Source of the DNA: an uncultured Candidatus Poseidoniales archaeon
GTDB lineage: Archaea > Thermoplasmatota > Poseidoniia > Poseidoniales > Poseidoniaceae
Direction of reading: 5' to 3'
Length of the DNA stretch: 64,000 nucleotides
Assembly (NCBI GenBank): GCA_964526445.1
Contig: CAZGIY010000001.1
Span: forward strand, 20,363 to 84,362
A program made the position numbers and the translations under genes. Positions 37,499-47,297 of this stretch are shown in pieces. Numbering within the stretch: position 1 is the first letter of the stretch; every line of letters starts with the position of its first letter. The notes beneath the pieces were generated by a model, which searched no databases, had not been told where the DNA came from, and worked only from the letters and a program-made list of their open reading frames with translations.

Positions 37499-39619
37499 TT
37501 GCGAATAATTGAGAAGCAATGCCACTTCGCAGAACACATGTCTGGGGACACTCCGTATGTGCCCGCAGAAAAGGAACTACCTGAGTTAACCACGAGGGTC
37601 ATAATCATTGGAATCCTTTTGGGCACGGTCATGACGGCTGCTAACGCCTATCTTGGAATGCTAGTGGGGATGACAGTTAGTGCATCGATACCCGCTGCTG
37701 TCATGTCGATGCTTATTCTGCGTGGATTGAAATTCAAGGATGTCTCAATATTGGAGAATAATTCTGTACAAACCATGGCTTCAGCAGGAGAAAGTCTTGC
37801 TGCTGGAGTGATTTTCACAGTACCTGCACTACTCGTAATGGGAATATGGTCGGATATCAATTGGGTTGATACTTTCATTATTGCATTCTTGGGAGGTGTA
37901 TTGGGAACGATGTTTACTATTGCACTTAGGCGAGTATTCATCGTTGAGGAAGCACTTCCGTATCCAGAAGGAGTTGCTTGTAGAGAAGTATTGGTTTCCG
38001 GAGAAGAAGGAGGAAGCGGGCTTATAGCAATCATTTACGCGCTGATAATTGGCGCTTTATTCGGTTGGTGCGTCAAAGGAATGCACCTAACAAAGCATAT
38101 GGTTCACAAGGCATTTGATTTTGGAAGCATGCGCGTATACGCTGGAACCGAAGTTTCCATCGCTTTGTTCTCGGTGGGGTATATCGTAGGATTGAGAATT
38201 GCTTCTTTCATATTCTTGGGCGGAGTTATCGGTTTTGGTATTCTAGTTCCCATGTATGGAATTATCAATGGTTGGCCAGCAGGAATGGATCCCACCCTTG
38301 CTTTCATGGCAATCTGGAGTGACCAAATCAGGTTTGTGGGCGTGGGTGCAATGGTTGTCGGCGGAGTCTACACACTTTGGTCGATGCGCAAAACAATCAT
38401 GACTGGATTCAAGAAGGCTCTGAACTTCAGAGAATCTGAAGGAGATGACGAGTTACTAAGAACAGAGATTGATATTGATATGCGCAAGGTAATGATCGTT
38501 TGTGCTATCATCGCATCACTCACATTCTTCTATTATTGGTGGAGAACTGGTAGTCTTGTACTCGCTTTGGTTGGAGCAGGGTTTTTGGCTGTTGCAGCGT
38601 TTTTCTTTTCTGCCGTAGCAGGATATATCGCCGGAGTAGTGGGCTCTTCCAATTCACCGGTATCGGGAATGACAATTGCCACGCTCCTATTCACTTCCAT
38701 GCTGGTTTGGATTGTTGGAGATTTGATTCTTGGAATGGAACAGGAAGACCTGATGTTTGCTACATTGATTATCGCTGCTGTAGTTGCAGTTAATGCAGCG
38801 ATAGCAGGCGATGTTATGCAGGATCTCAAGACGGGACATCTTGTAGGAGCCACTCCGTACCGTCAACAGACCGCTGAAATCATTGGCGTTATCGTAGGAG
38901 CCGTAGTCATTGGGCCAGTACTTTGGTTGTTGAATGAAGCATTCCGAATAACCAAGACACATTGTTATGACAATCCACCCAGTAGTTGGGATCCAAATTC
39001 TGGAGAGACCTTACAAAAAGCATGTGAGGGAGCCCTAACGGCACCTCAAGCTGAATTGATTGGTTCCATCATCCAAGGAATGTTCGGAGGTCAATTGAAT
39101 CTTCCAATGATTACACTTGGGGCATTGATTGCTATAATCATCATTTGGAGAAAAATGCCTGTAATGTCGGTGGCAATAGGAATTTATCTTCCCTTAGGGC
39201 TATCTGTGCCAATTGTTGTGGGCGGTCTTGTCAGTCATGTAGTAATTCGTTCTGCACATCGCAGGATTGACGGTGAATTGCTGGATGAACCTTCACCTGA
39301 GGCTAATGCCGCAGGAGAAGAGGTTGCATCAAGAGGTGTACTGTTAGGTGCAGGATTCATTGCAGGGGAATCATTGATGGGTGTATTCATAGCAATGATT
39401 ATCGTTTTGTGGGATGAACCTCACAAGTTGATTGGATTGAAGTCTTTGCCAGAATTATGGACCCTGTTGTTCTATGCTTGGTTCATTGGAATATTCATTT
39501 ATCTGGTCTCGAAATCATTGCCTAAACATGATGAGGGAGGCAATCTCCTGACTGATACAATAGATGTCATTACTAATGGAGTTCGTAAATTCATCAAGGC
39601 CTTGTTACCTCAAAGGTAG
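37499..39619 (+). CDS. OPT-superfamily oligopeptide transporter (polytopic membrane protein)
   Basis: About 16 predicted TM helices. The N-terminal LGMLVGMTVSASIPAAVMSMLILRGL resembles the bacterial/archaeal OPT family signature. Confidence 0.55.
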   Translation: MRIIEKQCHFAEHMSGDTPYVPAEKELPELTTRVIIIGILLGTVMTAANAYLGMLVGMTVSASIPAAVMSMLILRGLKFKDVSILENNSVQTMASAGESLAAGVIFTVPALLVMGIWSDINWVDTFIIAFLGGVLGTMFTIALRRVFIVEEALPYPEGVACREVLVSGEEGGSGLIAIIYALIIGALFGWCVKGMHLTKHMVHKAFDFGSMRVYAGTEVSIALFSVGYIVGLRIASFIFLGGVIGFGILVPMYGIINGWPAGMDPTLAFMAIWSDQIRFVGVGAMVVGGVYTLWSMRKTIMTGFKKALNFRESEGDDELLRTEIDIDMRKVMIVCAIIASLTFFYYWWRTGSLVLALVGAGFLAVAAFFFSAVAGYIAGVVGSSNSPVSGMTIATLLFTSMLVWIVGDLILGMEQEDLMFATLIIAAVVAVNAAIAGDVMQDLKTGHLVGATPYRQQTAEIIGVIVGAVVIGPVLWLLNEAFRITKTHCYDNPPSSWDPNSGETLQKACEGALTAPQAELIGSIIQGMFGGQLNLPMITLGALIAIIIIWRKMPVMSVAIGIYLPLGLSVPIVVGGLVSHVVIRSAHRRIDGELLDEPSPEANAAGEEVASRGVLLGAGFIAGESLMGVFIAMIIVLWDEPHKLIGLKSLPELWTLLFYAWFIGIFIYLVSKSLPKHDEGGNLLTDTIDVITNGVRKFIKALLPQR

Positions 39620-39689
39620 GTAAACTCGAGATTCGCTTTGATGTCAATGTTGAAAGGCCCTATGGTAAACCATCCATTGAGGCGAGTAG

Positions 39690-40529
39690 ATGATGGCGGC
39701 AGAACTGAGCAGATGTGCTGAATTGGAGGCCCTTGCAAATCGCTGTCGCGGACACATTCTGAGGATGACACATCGAGCTGCTGCTGGCCACCCGGGCGGG
39801 TCATTGTCGGAAGTTGATATCCTTGCAGCCCTCTATTCAGGGCATTTACGTGTGCGCCCTGAAGAACCAAACTGGCCAGATAGAGACCGGTTTATTCTAT
39901 CAAAGGGACATGCTAGTCCAGGTATGTATGCAATATTGGCTGAATCGGGATTCATTTCTCATGAAGATTTGGAATCTTATCGCGTTCTTGGGGGAGTTTG
40001 TCAGGGTCATGTTGACATGAAGTGGACGCCAGGTGTTGACTTCAGCGCGGGCTCTTTGGGAATGGGGCTTTCATTCGGCATGGGTTGTGCATTAGCGGCG
40101 CGTCTCGAAGATAGTGAAAGGGACATTTGGGTCATGTTAGGCGATGGTGAACTACAGGAAGGCAGTGTGTGGGAAGCAGCGATGGCAGCTAGGCACCATG
40201 AGTTAGGTAATCTCAAGGTAGTTGTTGATCATAACAGAATTCAGAATGATGATTTTGTCGAGGCTCAGATGCGTATGTTTGATGTCGCTGCTAAGTGGCA
40301 AGGATTTGGTTGGCAAGTCAAAGAAATAGATGGCCATGACATGCAGGAGATACTCGAAGCATTGGAATGGGCCAGTTCCATGCATTTACCTGCCGTCATC
40401 ATAGCTCATACTGTGAAGGGCAAAGGTATCTCTTACATGGAGAATAATCCATCCTTCCATGGCGCAGCTCCAAATGATGAACAATTGGCACTTGGGTTAG
40501 AGGAACTTAGTTTGGAGGTGGAATTATGA
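39690..40529 (+). CDS. tktN: Transketolase, N-terminal (TPP-binding) subunit
   Basis: GHPGGSLS, GDGELQEGSVWEA TPP-binding motifs. Split archaeal-type tkt. Confidence 0.9.
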   Translation: MMAAELSRCAELEALANRCRGHILRMTHRAAAGHPGGSLSEVDILAALYSGHLRVRPEEPNWPDRDRFILSKGHASPGMYAILAESGFISHEDLESYRVLGGVCQGHVDMKWTPGVDFSAGSLGMGLSFGMGCALAARLEDSERDIWVMLGDGELQEGSVWEAAMAARHHELGNLKVVVDHNRIQNDDFVEAQMRMFDVAAKWQGFGWQVKEIDGHDMQEILEALEWASSMHLPAVIIAHTVKGKGISYMENNPSFHGAAPNDEQLALGLEELSLEVEL

Positions 40530-41464
40530 TGGCTGCATCTAGAGATGGTTATGGCCAAGGCCTGTTGGATATATCTGATGATGACAAGGTTGTCGTACTC
40601 GAGGCCGATCTCGGTAAATCAACCAAGTCTCTTCATTTCCGAGGCAAGTTTCCTGAGAGGACAGTATCTTGCGGAATTGGTGAGCAAAATATGATGCTGA
40701 TTGCTGCTGGAATGGCTTCTAGCGGATACAAACCTTTTGCCAGCACCTTCGCAATCTTCACAGAAAGAGCATTCGAGCAGGTACGAAACGGTATAGCGCG
40801 GCCAAACCTTCCCGTGCACATTTGCGGGAGTCATGGAGGTACACATACTGGGACAGATGGCAGTAGTGCTCAGTCGATTGAAGATTTGGCGATTTACAGA
40901 ACACTTCCAAACATGACGGTCATGCATCCATGCGATGATGTTAGTGCAGCAGCATTGACAAGACAATGCTTGGATTTGAAAGGCCCTTCGTACATGAGAA
41001 CGGCAAGGAACAAAACTCCAGTTATACATGGAGAACGTATTGATGAATTGCAAATTGGCAAAGGAGTGGTACTCAAGGAAGGACACGATGTAGCAATCAT
41101 CGCTTGCGGAGTACTAGTGTCCAAGTCTCTTGAAGCAGCAGCGAAACTTGAGGCAGATGGTATTTCTGCTACAGTTGTCGATATGCACACCATCAAGCCT
41201 CTAGATACTGAGTTAGTTGATCGAATAGTTGCAACAACCGGTTGTCTAGTGTCCGCTGAAGACCATTCAATTATCGGTGGTCTTGGAGGTGCCTTGGCCG
41301 AGCACCTATGTTCGACAAACCCAGTGCCATTGGAGAGAGTTGGCGTCAGAGATAGGTTTGGAGAATCTGGGCAAGCAGAAGAGATGCTTGATCTTCTTTC
41401 AATCAATACTGGAGATATAATCGAAGCAGCGATGCGAGCAATAACGAGGAAAAAAGGAGTTTGA
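40526..41464 (+). CDS. tktC: Transketolase, C-terminal (pyrimidine-binding) subunit
   Basis: Follows tktN with a 4-nt overlap. Pyr and C-terminal domains present. Confidence 0.9.
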   Translation: MMAASRDGYGQGLLDISDDDKVVVLEADLGKSTKSLHFRGKFPERTVSCGIGEQNMMLIAAGMASSGYKPFASTFAIFTERAFEQVRNGIARPNLPVHICGSHGGTHTGTDGSSAQSIEDLAIYRTLPNMTVMHPCDDVSAAALTRQCLDLKGPSYMRTARNKTPVIHGERIDELQIGKGVVLKEGHDVAIIACGVLVSKSLEAAAKLEADGISATVVDMHTIKPLDTELVDRIVATTGCLVSAEDHSIIGGLGGALAEHLCSTNPVPLERVGVRDRFGESGQAEEMLDLLSINTGDIIEAAMRAITRKKGV

Positions 41465-41468
41465 TAGT

Positions 41469-42131
41469 ATGGAGTTTTTCTTAGACACAGCAGAAGTAGA
41501 AGAGGTTAGAGAAATTGCAACATGGGGGATTCTGGATGGAGTTACAACCAATCCAAGTTTGATTAAGAAATCAGGGCGAGATTTCAAGCAGGTTGTGCGT
41601 GAAATTGCAGAGATTTGCGATGGCCCTATTTCAGCAGAAGTTACGGCACTTGATACGGATGGAATGGTGGCAGAGGGCTTGGTTTTGAAGGAAGAGTTAC
41701 CTGAAAATGTAATCATTAAGATTCCATGTACCCCAGAAGGATTGGCGGCAACAAAGCTCCTTTCAGATGAAGGAATTGGAGTTAATGTAACTTTGATTTT
41801 CAACGCTTCGCAGGCCGTTATGGCTGCCAAAGCGGGAGCGATGTACGTCTCCCCATTTATCGGAAGAATTGATGACACGGGCGCAGATGGTATGGACCTT
41901 ATAGCCGAAATAATGACGATTTGGGACCAGTATCCTGAATTGGACACCAAGGTTCTAGCTGCTTCAATCCGTAATCCTATGCATATACTACAATGCATGC
42001 AGATGGGAGCACATACCGCAACAATGCCTACCAAGATATTTCGTCAACTCGTCAAACATCCGCTTACTGACAAGGGTCTACAACAATTTCTCGATGATTG
42101 GGCAGAAGTTGAGGCCGCAGGTAATGCTTGA
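41469..42131 (+). CDS. tal: Transaldolase (short, fructose-6-phosphate-aldolase-like type)
   Basis: MEFFLDTAEVEEV...DGVTTNPSL... Schiff-base Lys region. Confidence 0.9.
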   Translation: MEFFLDTAEVEEVREIATWGILDGVTTNPSLIKKSGRDFKQVVREIAEICDGPISAEVTALDTDGMVAEGLVLKEELPENVIIKIPCTPEGLAATKLLSDEGIGVNVTLIFNASQAVMAAKAGAMYVSPFIGRIDDTGADGMDLIAEIMTIWDQYPELDTKVLAASIRNPMHILQCMQMGAHTATMPTKIFRQLVKHPLTDKGLQQFLDDWAEVEAAGNA

Positions 42132-42166
42132 CATATTTTGTGCATTTTATCTATATTCTTGTGCAT

Positions 42167-42184
42167 CACCCCCTATGGGGGGTG
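42167..42184 (+). terminator. GC hairpin caccccc-tat(g)-gggggtg downstream of tal, preceded by a T-rich tract
   Basis: Read from the sequence. The preceding attttgtgcattttatctatattctt is T-rich. Confidence 0.3.
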
Positions 42185-42220
42185 CCTCAAAAGCCTTGAA
42201 GAAGGGATGCAGGCCCACCG

Positions 42221-42787
42221 GTGGTGGGAGGAGTATACTTGAGCGATGCCAGGGCAAGGCTTCAGCAGTTATTGGATGGGGACATGGACCCCTCTGAAAT
42301 TGTCAAAGATCCGACGCTTGCTAGTTTGGCTGAACGCATCTATGGGATGGATATCAAGGCATTGTTAAGTGAGAAAGGGATCTCTATCAAAGATAGCGAA
42401 GAGGTATCTATTGCAAGGCCTCAGAGTTCAGGTTCAGATATGTTGATTGAAGTTGTGCCGGAAACCAGCACACCTCTACCTACATTGCTTCCTCCAGCTG
42501 CTATACCTGAACAGGCGCAGACAAATTCTAGACGTCCATTGGTCATTTTCCTCGGACTATTCGTCCTTGTTCTCGCAATTTACAATCTCGTGATTGGAAT
42601 TGGAGAATTATACAATCCTTGTACTACAGATTGGTGTACTACTAACAAGAAGCTGATTTGGTTAGCCCCCCATCAAATTTCCAATGATGCTGGCTGGGGT
42701 GCTGCGGGAACTCCCGGCATTCCAGATTATGCGATGATTGGAGGGGCTGCTGTACTCACTTTCCTTGGTCTACGCAAGAAGTCTTGA
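42221..42787 (+). CDS. Hypothetical membrane protein
   Basis: One or two TM segments (LVIFLGLFVLVLAIYNLVIGI). No family recognised. Confidence 0.3.
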   Translation: MVGGVYLSDARARLQQLLDGDMDPSEIVKDPTLASLAERIYGMDIKALLSEKGISIKDSEEVSIARPQSSGSDMLIEVVPETSTPLPTLLPPAAIPEQAQTNSRRPLVIFLGLFVLVLAIYNLVIGIGELYNPCTTDWCTTNKKLIWLAPHQISNDAGWGAAGTPGIPDYAMIGGAAVLTFLGLRKKS

Positions 42788-42796
42788 GGTGGTGAA

Positions 42797-44320
42797 GTGA
42801 CACAACCTGCCAGAGCCAAGCGCGGTCTTCCTCCTAAGTCAGATTTCAACGAATGGTATCCATTCATCGTTGAGGCTGCGGAGTTGGTAGACAAGAGGTA
42901 TCCGATCAAAGGAATGGACGTTTGGAGGCCATATGGCTGGAAGACGATGCGCCTGATAGATAGTTTCACTCATTTGGAAATGGAAAGAACCGACCATGAA
43001 GAGGTACACTTTCCAATGCTAATTCCCGAGAGCCTACTCGAAAAAGAAAATTCTTTGGTTGCAAGATTAAAGGCTGCTCGTGAACAAGGAATAGATCCTG
43101 ATGAGTTGCGAATTGAAGAAGAAGAGGCTGGCTTCAAGAAGGAGGTATACTGGGTCAAGCATGCTGGAGAAAATGAGTTGGACATACCGATGTTCTTACG
43201 TCCCACTTCTGAAACTGCCATGTATACGCTCTTTCCTCTGTGGATAAGGAGTCATGGAGATCTTCCACTGAAGACGTACCAAATCGTCAATACTTTCCGC
43301 TATGAAACTAAGACTACGCGCTCATTCATTCGCGTAAGAGAGATTCATTTTTTCGAAGCACATACTGCTCATATTGACGAGGATTGTGCCAGTAGACAAA
43401 TTACCGAAGATTTGGAGATAGTGCGACGATTAATGGACGTTCTTTGCCTACCTGTTCTTATCGCCAAGCGTCCTGAATGGGACACCTTCCCTGGAGCATG
43501 GTATACTATTGCCATCGATGTCGTAATGCCAAATGGTAGAACTCTACAAGTTGCAAGTTGCCATCATTATAGAGACCAATGGGCCAAGGCCTTTGATATC
43601 AAGTACGAGGATGAGAATGGAAATCCAAAATTCTGTCATCAGACGACATACGGTATGTCTGAGCGTTTACTTGGAGCAGTTGTTGGTATGCATGGAGATG
43701 ATTCTGGATTGATAATGCCACCAAAGATTGCACCGGTTCAAGTGGTAGTCATTCCAGTATTGAAGAAGGATCAAAGTGATATGATTCGTGAACAAGCACG
43801 TATATTGATAGATGAACTCAAAGATTCTGGACTTCGTTGTCGTATGGATGATAGAGATGTCAGACCTGGGCAGAAATACTACGATTGGGAAATCAAGGGA
43901 GTTCCATTGCGGCTTGAATTAGGCCCTAGGGATATACAGAATGGCACTGTTTTCGCGGCTCGTAGAACCGGCGGTAAATCTCCACTCGACCGTAATGATA
44001 TTGTAAATTTGGTCAATTCTGAATTGAACGCAGTCGAGGATGAACTGAAGCGACGCGCTACGGAACATATGGATGGTAGAGTAAGCCCGCTGTCTGAATT
44101 AGAAGTCATTGACGGAAATGTCTCACTTGGTTCAGAAATCGTTGATGGCATGGTCTATGAAATTGCATTCGATGGTAATAATGCGGAGGCTGAGATGATA
44201 GAAAGGGCAACTGGGCTTTCATTCCTCGGTGATGCGGTAGAGGATTTTACCGAAGATATGCAGTGTGCAGTTACTGGAAAAACCACTCGACGTAGAGTGT
44301 GGCTCGCCAAGACTTACTGA
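42797..44320 (+). CDS. proS: Prolyl-tRNA synthetase (archaeal/eukaryotic type)
   Basis: Class II motifs, archaeal-type N-terminus (KSDFNEWYPFIVEAAEL) and a C-terminal Zn-binding domain. Confidence 0.9.
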   Translation: MTQPARAKRGLPPKSDFNEWYPFIVEAAELVDKRYPIKGMDVWRPYGWKTMRLIDSFTHLEMERTDHEEVHFPMLIPESLLEKENSLVARLKAAREQGIDPDELRIEEEEAGFKKEVYWVKHAGENELDIPMFLRPTSETAMYTLFPLWIRSHGDLPLKTYQIVNTFRYETKTTRSFIRVREIHFFEAHTAHIDEDCASRQITEDLEIVRRLMDVLCLPVLIAKRPEWDTFPGAWYTIAIDVVMPNGRTLQVASCHHYRDQWAKAFDIKYEDENGNPKFCHQTTYGMSERLLGAVVGMHGDDSGLIMPPKIAPVQVVVIPVLKKDQSDMIREQARILIDELKDSGLRCRMDDRDVRPGQKYYDWEIKGVPLRLELGPRDIQNGTVFAARRTGGKSPLDRNDIVNLVNSELNAVEDELKRRATEHMDGRVSPLSELEVIDGNVSLGSEIVDGMVYEIAFDGNNAEAEMIERATGLSFLGDAVEDFTEDMQCAVTGKTTRRRVWLAKTY

Positions 44321-45534
44321 TCATCTCTTTCGATGAGTGATCTGATTGCTTCCGCAATAGCTTGGTTATCTTTCAAAGCCCAATGTTCTCCATTTTGGTC
44401 AACAAGATGGGCTCGCGGTTTGGATTCATTATCAATATCCTCAAGTCTGTTTGCAATAACAGCAGTCATACCTGCTCTTTCTATTTGAGAAGACGCGCGA
44501 TGTACCAGATCGGCCATCTTCACACCTGATTCTAGTTTGAAACCTATTCTGATACTTCCTTCACAGACTTCTTGTAATTTTACGATATGTTTAGACCCCT
44601 CAATCAATGAAATCTGCCAATCTCCTTGCATTGAACCGAACTTACCCTCAAGCGAGTCTTTGACCACATAGTCTAATACTGCAGCACAATGAATCCATGC
44701 ATCGATTCGATCGTTTGAAAGCGCAATCAATTCCTCAAGCATTTCATCAGGATCTGGTGCGCTAATAACTAGTGGCATGTCGAATGCAGGTTTTACAGAG
44801 TGAACTCCTGCAACCACTGTTACATCATGTCCATGTCTGTACAAATTTTCTGCAACCGACCATCCTGTTGCACCACTACTCATGTTCTGGATGAATCTGA
44901 CATCATCAATCATACTCCTAGTTGCACCCAGAGTAATCACGACTGACCGACGATTTTCCATCTTGGAGTTGAGCATATGCGCGAAAGCGGCTACAATACT
45001 AGTGTGATCATCCTGTTTGCGTTTACCTTCAACTGATGGGCCCCAATGAAGACGCATTCCAAATCGCTTCAATTCAATTTGAATTTCTTCAGTAATAGGA
45101 TCAGAAGCTAGATCTTCATGCATACTAGGAACAAGCATAATCGGCAATTGTCTGCCGCGTGCTGCTGAAACAGCCATTAAGAGAGGGGTGTCCATCATTC
45201 CTTGTAACAATCCTGCCATGTGATGTCTTGTTGTAGGACAAACCAGTACTGCATCGAAATCATCGAGTTGCTTCATTTCCCCCTCCCAGTCGCTGATAAC
45301 TTGCGCATCACTCGCCCAAGACATGGCAAGAGGAGATATGATGTTCTGGGCAGAGTGTGTCATAATTACAATGACATCTGCACCGTGTCTGCGCAATTCT
45401 CGACATACTTTGACCGATTCGACAGCGGCAATCCCTCCAGTGACTCCTAAGAGGACCCGCTTGCCTGAAAGGCTGTTACCATGCAGGTCTACGCCGGTAT
45501 CTCGCAATCTCTCCACGAAACTTCGTAGAAGCAT
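44314..45534 (-). CDS. coaBC: Bifunctional phosphopantothenoylcysteine decarboxylase/synthetase CoaBC
   Basis: Flavoprotein domain (KRVLLGVTGGIAAVE) plus DFP/CoaB domain. Start at the internal ATG (45534), since the track ORF has a 38-aa unlikely extension. Confidence 0.85.
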   Translation of the reverse strand: MLLRSFVERLRDTGVDLHGNSLSGKRVLLGVTGGIAAVESVKVCRELRRHGADVIVIMTHSAQNIISPLAMSWASDAQVISDWEGEMKQLDDFDAVLVCPTTRHHMAGLLQGMMDTPLLMAVSAARGRQLPIMLVPSMHEDLASDPITEEIQIELKRFGMRLHWGPSVEGKRKQDDHTSIVAAFAHMLNSKMENRRSVVITLGATRSMIDDVRFIQNMSSGATGWSVAENLYRHGHDVTVVAGVHSVKPAFDMPLVISAPDPDEMLEELIALSNDRIDAWIHCAAVLDYVVKDSLEGKFGSMQGDWQISLIEGSKHIVKLQEVCEGSIRIGFKLESGVKMADLVHRASSQIERAGMTAVIANRLEDIDNESKPRAHLVDQNGEHWALKDNQAIAEAIRSLIERDDQ

Positions 45535-45572
45535 TCGCACAAAGCCCCTTCGCACCAGCAAGCACCGGTTGA

Positions 45573-46190
45573 ATGATGAGGTACTCTTGTTTGGGGGGTG
45601 CAATGGCGAATGATCCGAATGAATTGGTGATGGCTGGAAGTGTCCCAAATTCGACGCAACATCCCCTAGAGGTTCTGCACCGTCAAATCAGTTTTGTCAT
45701 GATAGGGACGATCTTCCTGTTCGCCTTATTCGTGTGGACAATTTTCAATACGATTTCTAGTGGTTTTGGATGGGTCTCATTGTTCCCTTGTATAATTCTA
45801 GGAGTAATATGGTCTGGTTTCAAGAATCGTAGAGAATGGGCTTATCCTTTTGCAGTCGCGTTAAATGCAGCAGCAATCGTACTCTTTGGAATACTAGCAT
45901 TCATGTTTATTTTCAGCGGAGATATGTTGTCTCTATTGTTGGGAGTATTATTGATGTTCACAGCAGTATCTTCAATTCGTCGATTAAATATAATGAGAAA
46001 TGTATTGTTCAAAGCATGGTATTTGGGCATGGAGATCCCCATCCATGGCACAGGGTTGGATGAAGGTGAGATATACGCTAGTTGCCCACATTGTTCTTCG
46101 ATTCTAGCAATAAGGCCAATGCAATTAACGCGGGAGGATGACTGCCCATCATGTGGACAACCTCTGGTGCTAAGCCAAGAAGAAGAATGA
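45573..46190 (+). CDS. Membrane protein with C-terminal zinc ribbon
   Basis: Four TM helices, then CPHCS...CPSCGQP. Confidence 0.4.
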   Translation: MMRYSCLGGAMANDPNELVMAGSVPNSTQHPLEVLHRQISFVMIGTIFLFALFVWTIFNTISSGFGWVSLFPCIILGVIWSGFKNRREWAYPFAVALNAAAIVLFGILAFMFIFSGDMLSLLLGVLLMFTAVSSIRRLNIMRNVLFKAWYLGMEIPIHGTGLDEGEIYASCPHCSSILAIRPMQLTREDDCPSCGQPLVLSQEEE

Positions 46191-46197
46191 TTCAACT

Positions 46198-47223
46198 TCA
46201 GCGTGAAGCCAATGTAAGGTTCTTCCACATATCTTCTGGAACTTCCATGGAGAGTCTCAAACCACCCATGGCACCGAGTCGAACAGGATCATCAACTACG
46301 TGTACATTTATTTCTCCCAAATCAGAGAGTCTCTCCTCAATCAATGCACCAAGACCTCGAATTCCTGAGCCACCTCCTGCTAGAATCATATTACGACGGA
46401 ATGAGTCATGGTATTCTGGGTTCGATGAAGCAATAAGTGCCTTAACTCTCTCAACAATCGGGTCGACAATACTTTCACAAGCATTCTGAATACAATCAGT
46501 AATATCGAGAGTCATCGCTTTACCTTCGATGGAGAAATCTACCATAATTGGATCATCAGGTGGTGATGCCCCTGTAAAGGAGTGCTCTTCCTTCCATCTT
46601 CGAGCCATATCCTTGGTCACTTGAGCGCCGTTGTACTTTATCTGTACTTGTTCGATGATTTGGTTATCTACGTAATCCCCAGCATACTGTGTGTGAACCT
46701 GGTCATCTGGTTCTGGAATTGTACCATATACTCTGCATACGTCAGTTGTTCCTGCACCGATATCAATAACCAAAGTGTGTTCAAGCATGTCCAAAGCATA
46801 AGCAACAGCGAATGGTTCAGATATAATCATACAAGCATTTACAGTTCCGGCTGCAGCGTCAAAGATGTATGTCTTATCGACATATGATGCCTCAGCAGGT
46901 GCTCCAATCACTGCTACCACTCTATCGTATTCTTCAGGGTCTGCCAGACCGATTAGATGGGTGATGAAATGGGCGATGAATTCTCTGTCCTTCTGAGTAT
47001 CCTTGATTACACCGTGTTCCAAAGGCCGGAAGAGATCAAGAGCCAATCGATTCTTCAGTGCTTCTTCTCCAAATAGAACGTCTCTCTTGAGGAAGTTTCT
47101 GGCGATATGATCTTTCGGAGTACCAATAACAGTAAGTTCCTCTTCCTCGTGATTATCACTCGATACCATTACGGAACGGAAGGTTCCCAAGTCCACTCCA
47201 ATATACAGTACATCTTCAGCCAT
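46198..47223 (-). CDS. Actin-fold (ASKHA) ATPase, ParM/Ta0583/MreB-like rather than eukaryote-like actin
   Basis: YIGVDLGTFRSV phosphate-1, VIDIGAGTTD phosphate-2, ILAGGGSGIRGL adenosine motif. Lacks eukaryotic actin signatures. Confidence 0.7.
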   Translation of the reverse strand: MAEDVLYIGVDLGTFRSVMVSSDNHEEEELTVIGTPKDHIARNFLKRDVLFGEEALKNRLALDLFRPLEHGVIKDTQKDREFIAHFITHLIGLADPEEYDRVVAVIGAPAEASYVDKTYIFDAAAGTVNACMIISEPFAVAYALDMLEHTLVIDIGAGTTDVCRVYGTIPEPDDQVHTQYAGDYVDNQIIEQVQIKYNGAQVTKDMARRWKEEHSFTGASPPDDPIMVDFSIEGKAMTLDITDCIQNACESIVDPIVERVKALIASSNPEYHDSFRRNMILAGGGSGIRGLGALIEERLSDLGEINVHVVDDPVRLGAMGGLRLSMEVPEDMWKNLTLASR

Positions 47224-47297
47224 TTGCTCGCCTCATTACGCGGGACTTGAAGCGGACTTATGAAGCATACCACAGAAGTATGCCTGGTATGGCTTCC

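Noticed and set aside
46198-47223. Eukaryote-like (Asgard lokiactin-type) actin
   Set aside because: It lacks the highly conserved actin N-terminus (DNGSG.CKAGFAGDD) and other actin-specific blocks. It looks ParM/MreB/Ta0583-like instead.
47224-47297. Possible tRNA-like element between the actin-like gene and the Zn-ribbon gene (TTCAAGTCC-like string)
   Set aside because: A cloverleaf with acceptor, D, anticodon and T arms could not be built. It is only a fortuitous T-loop-like heptamer.
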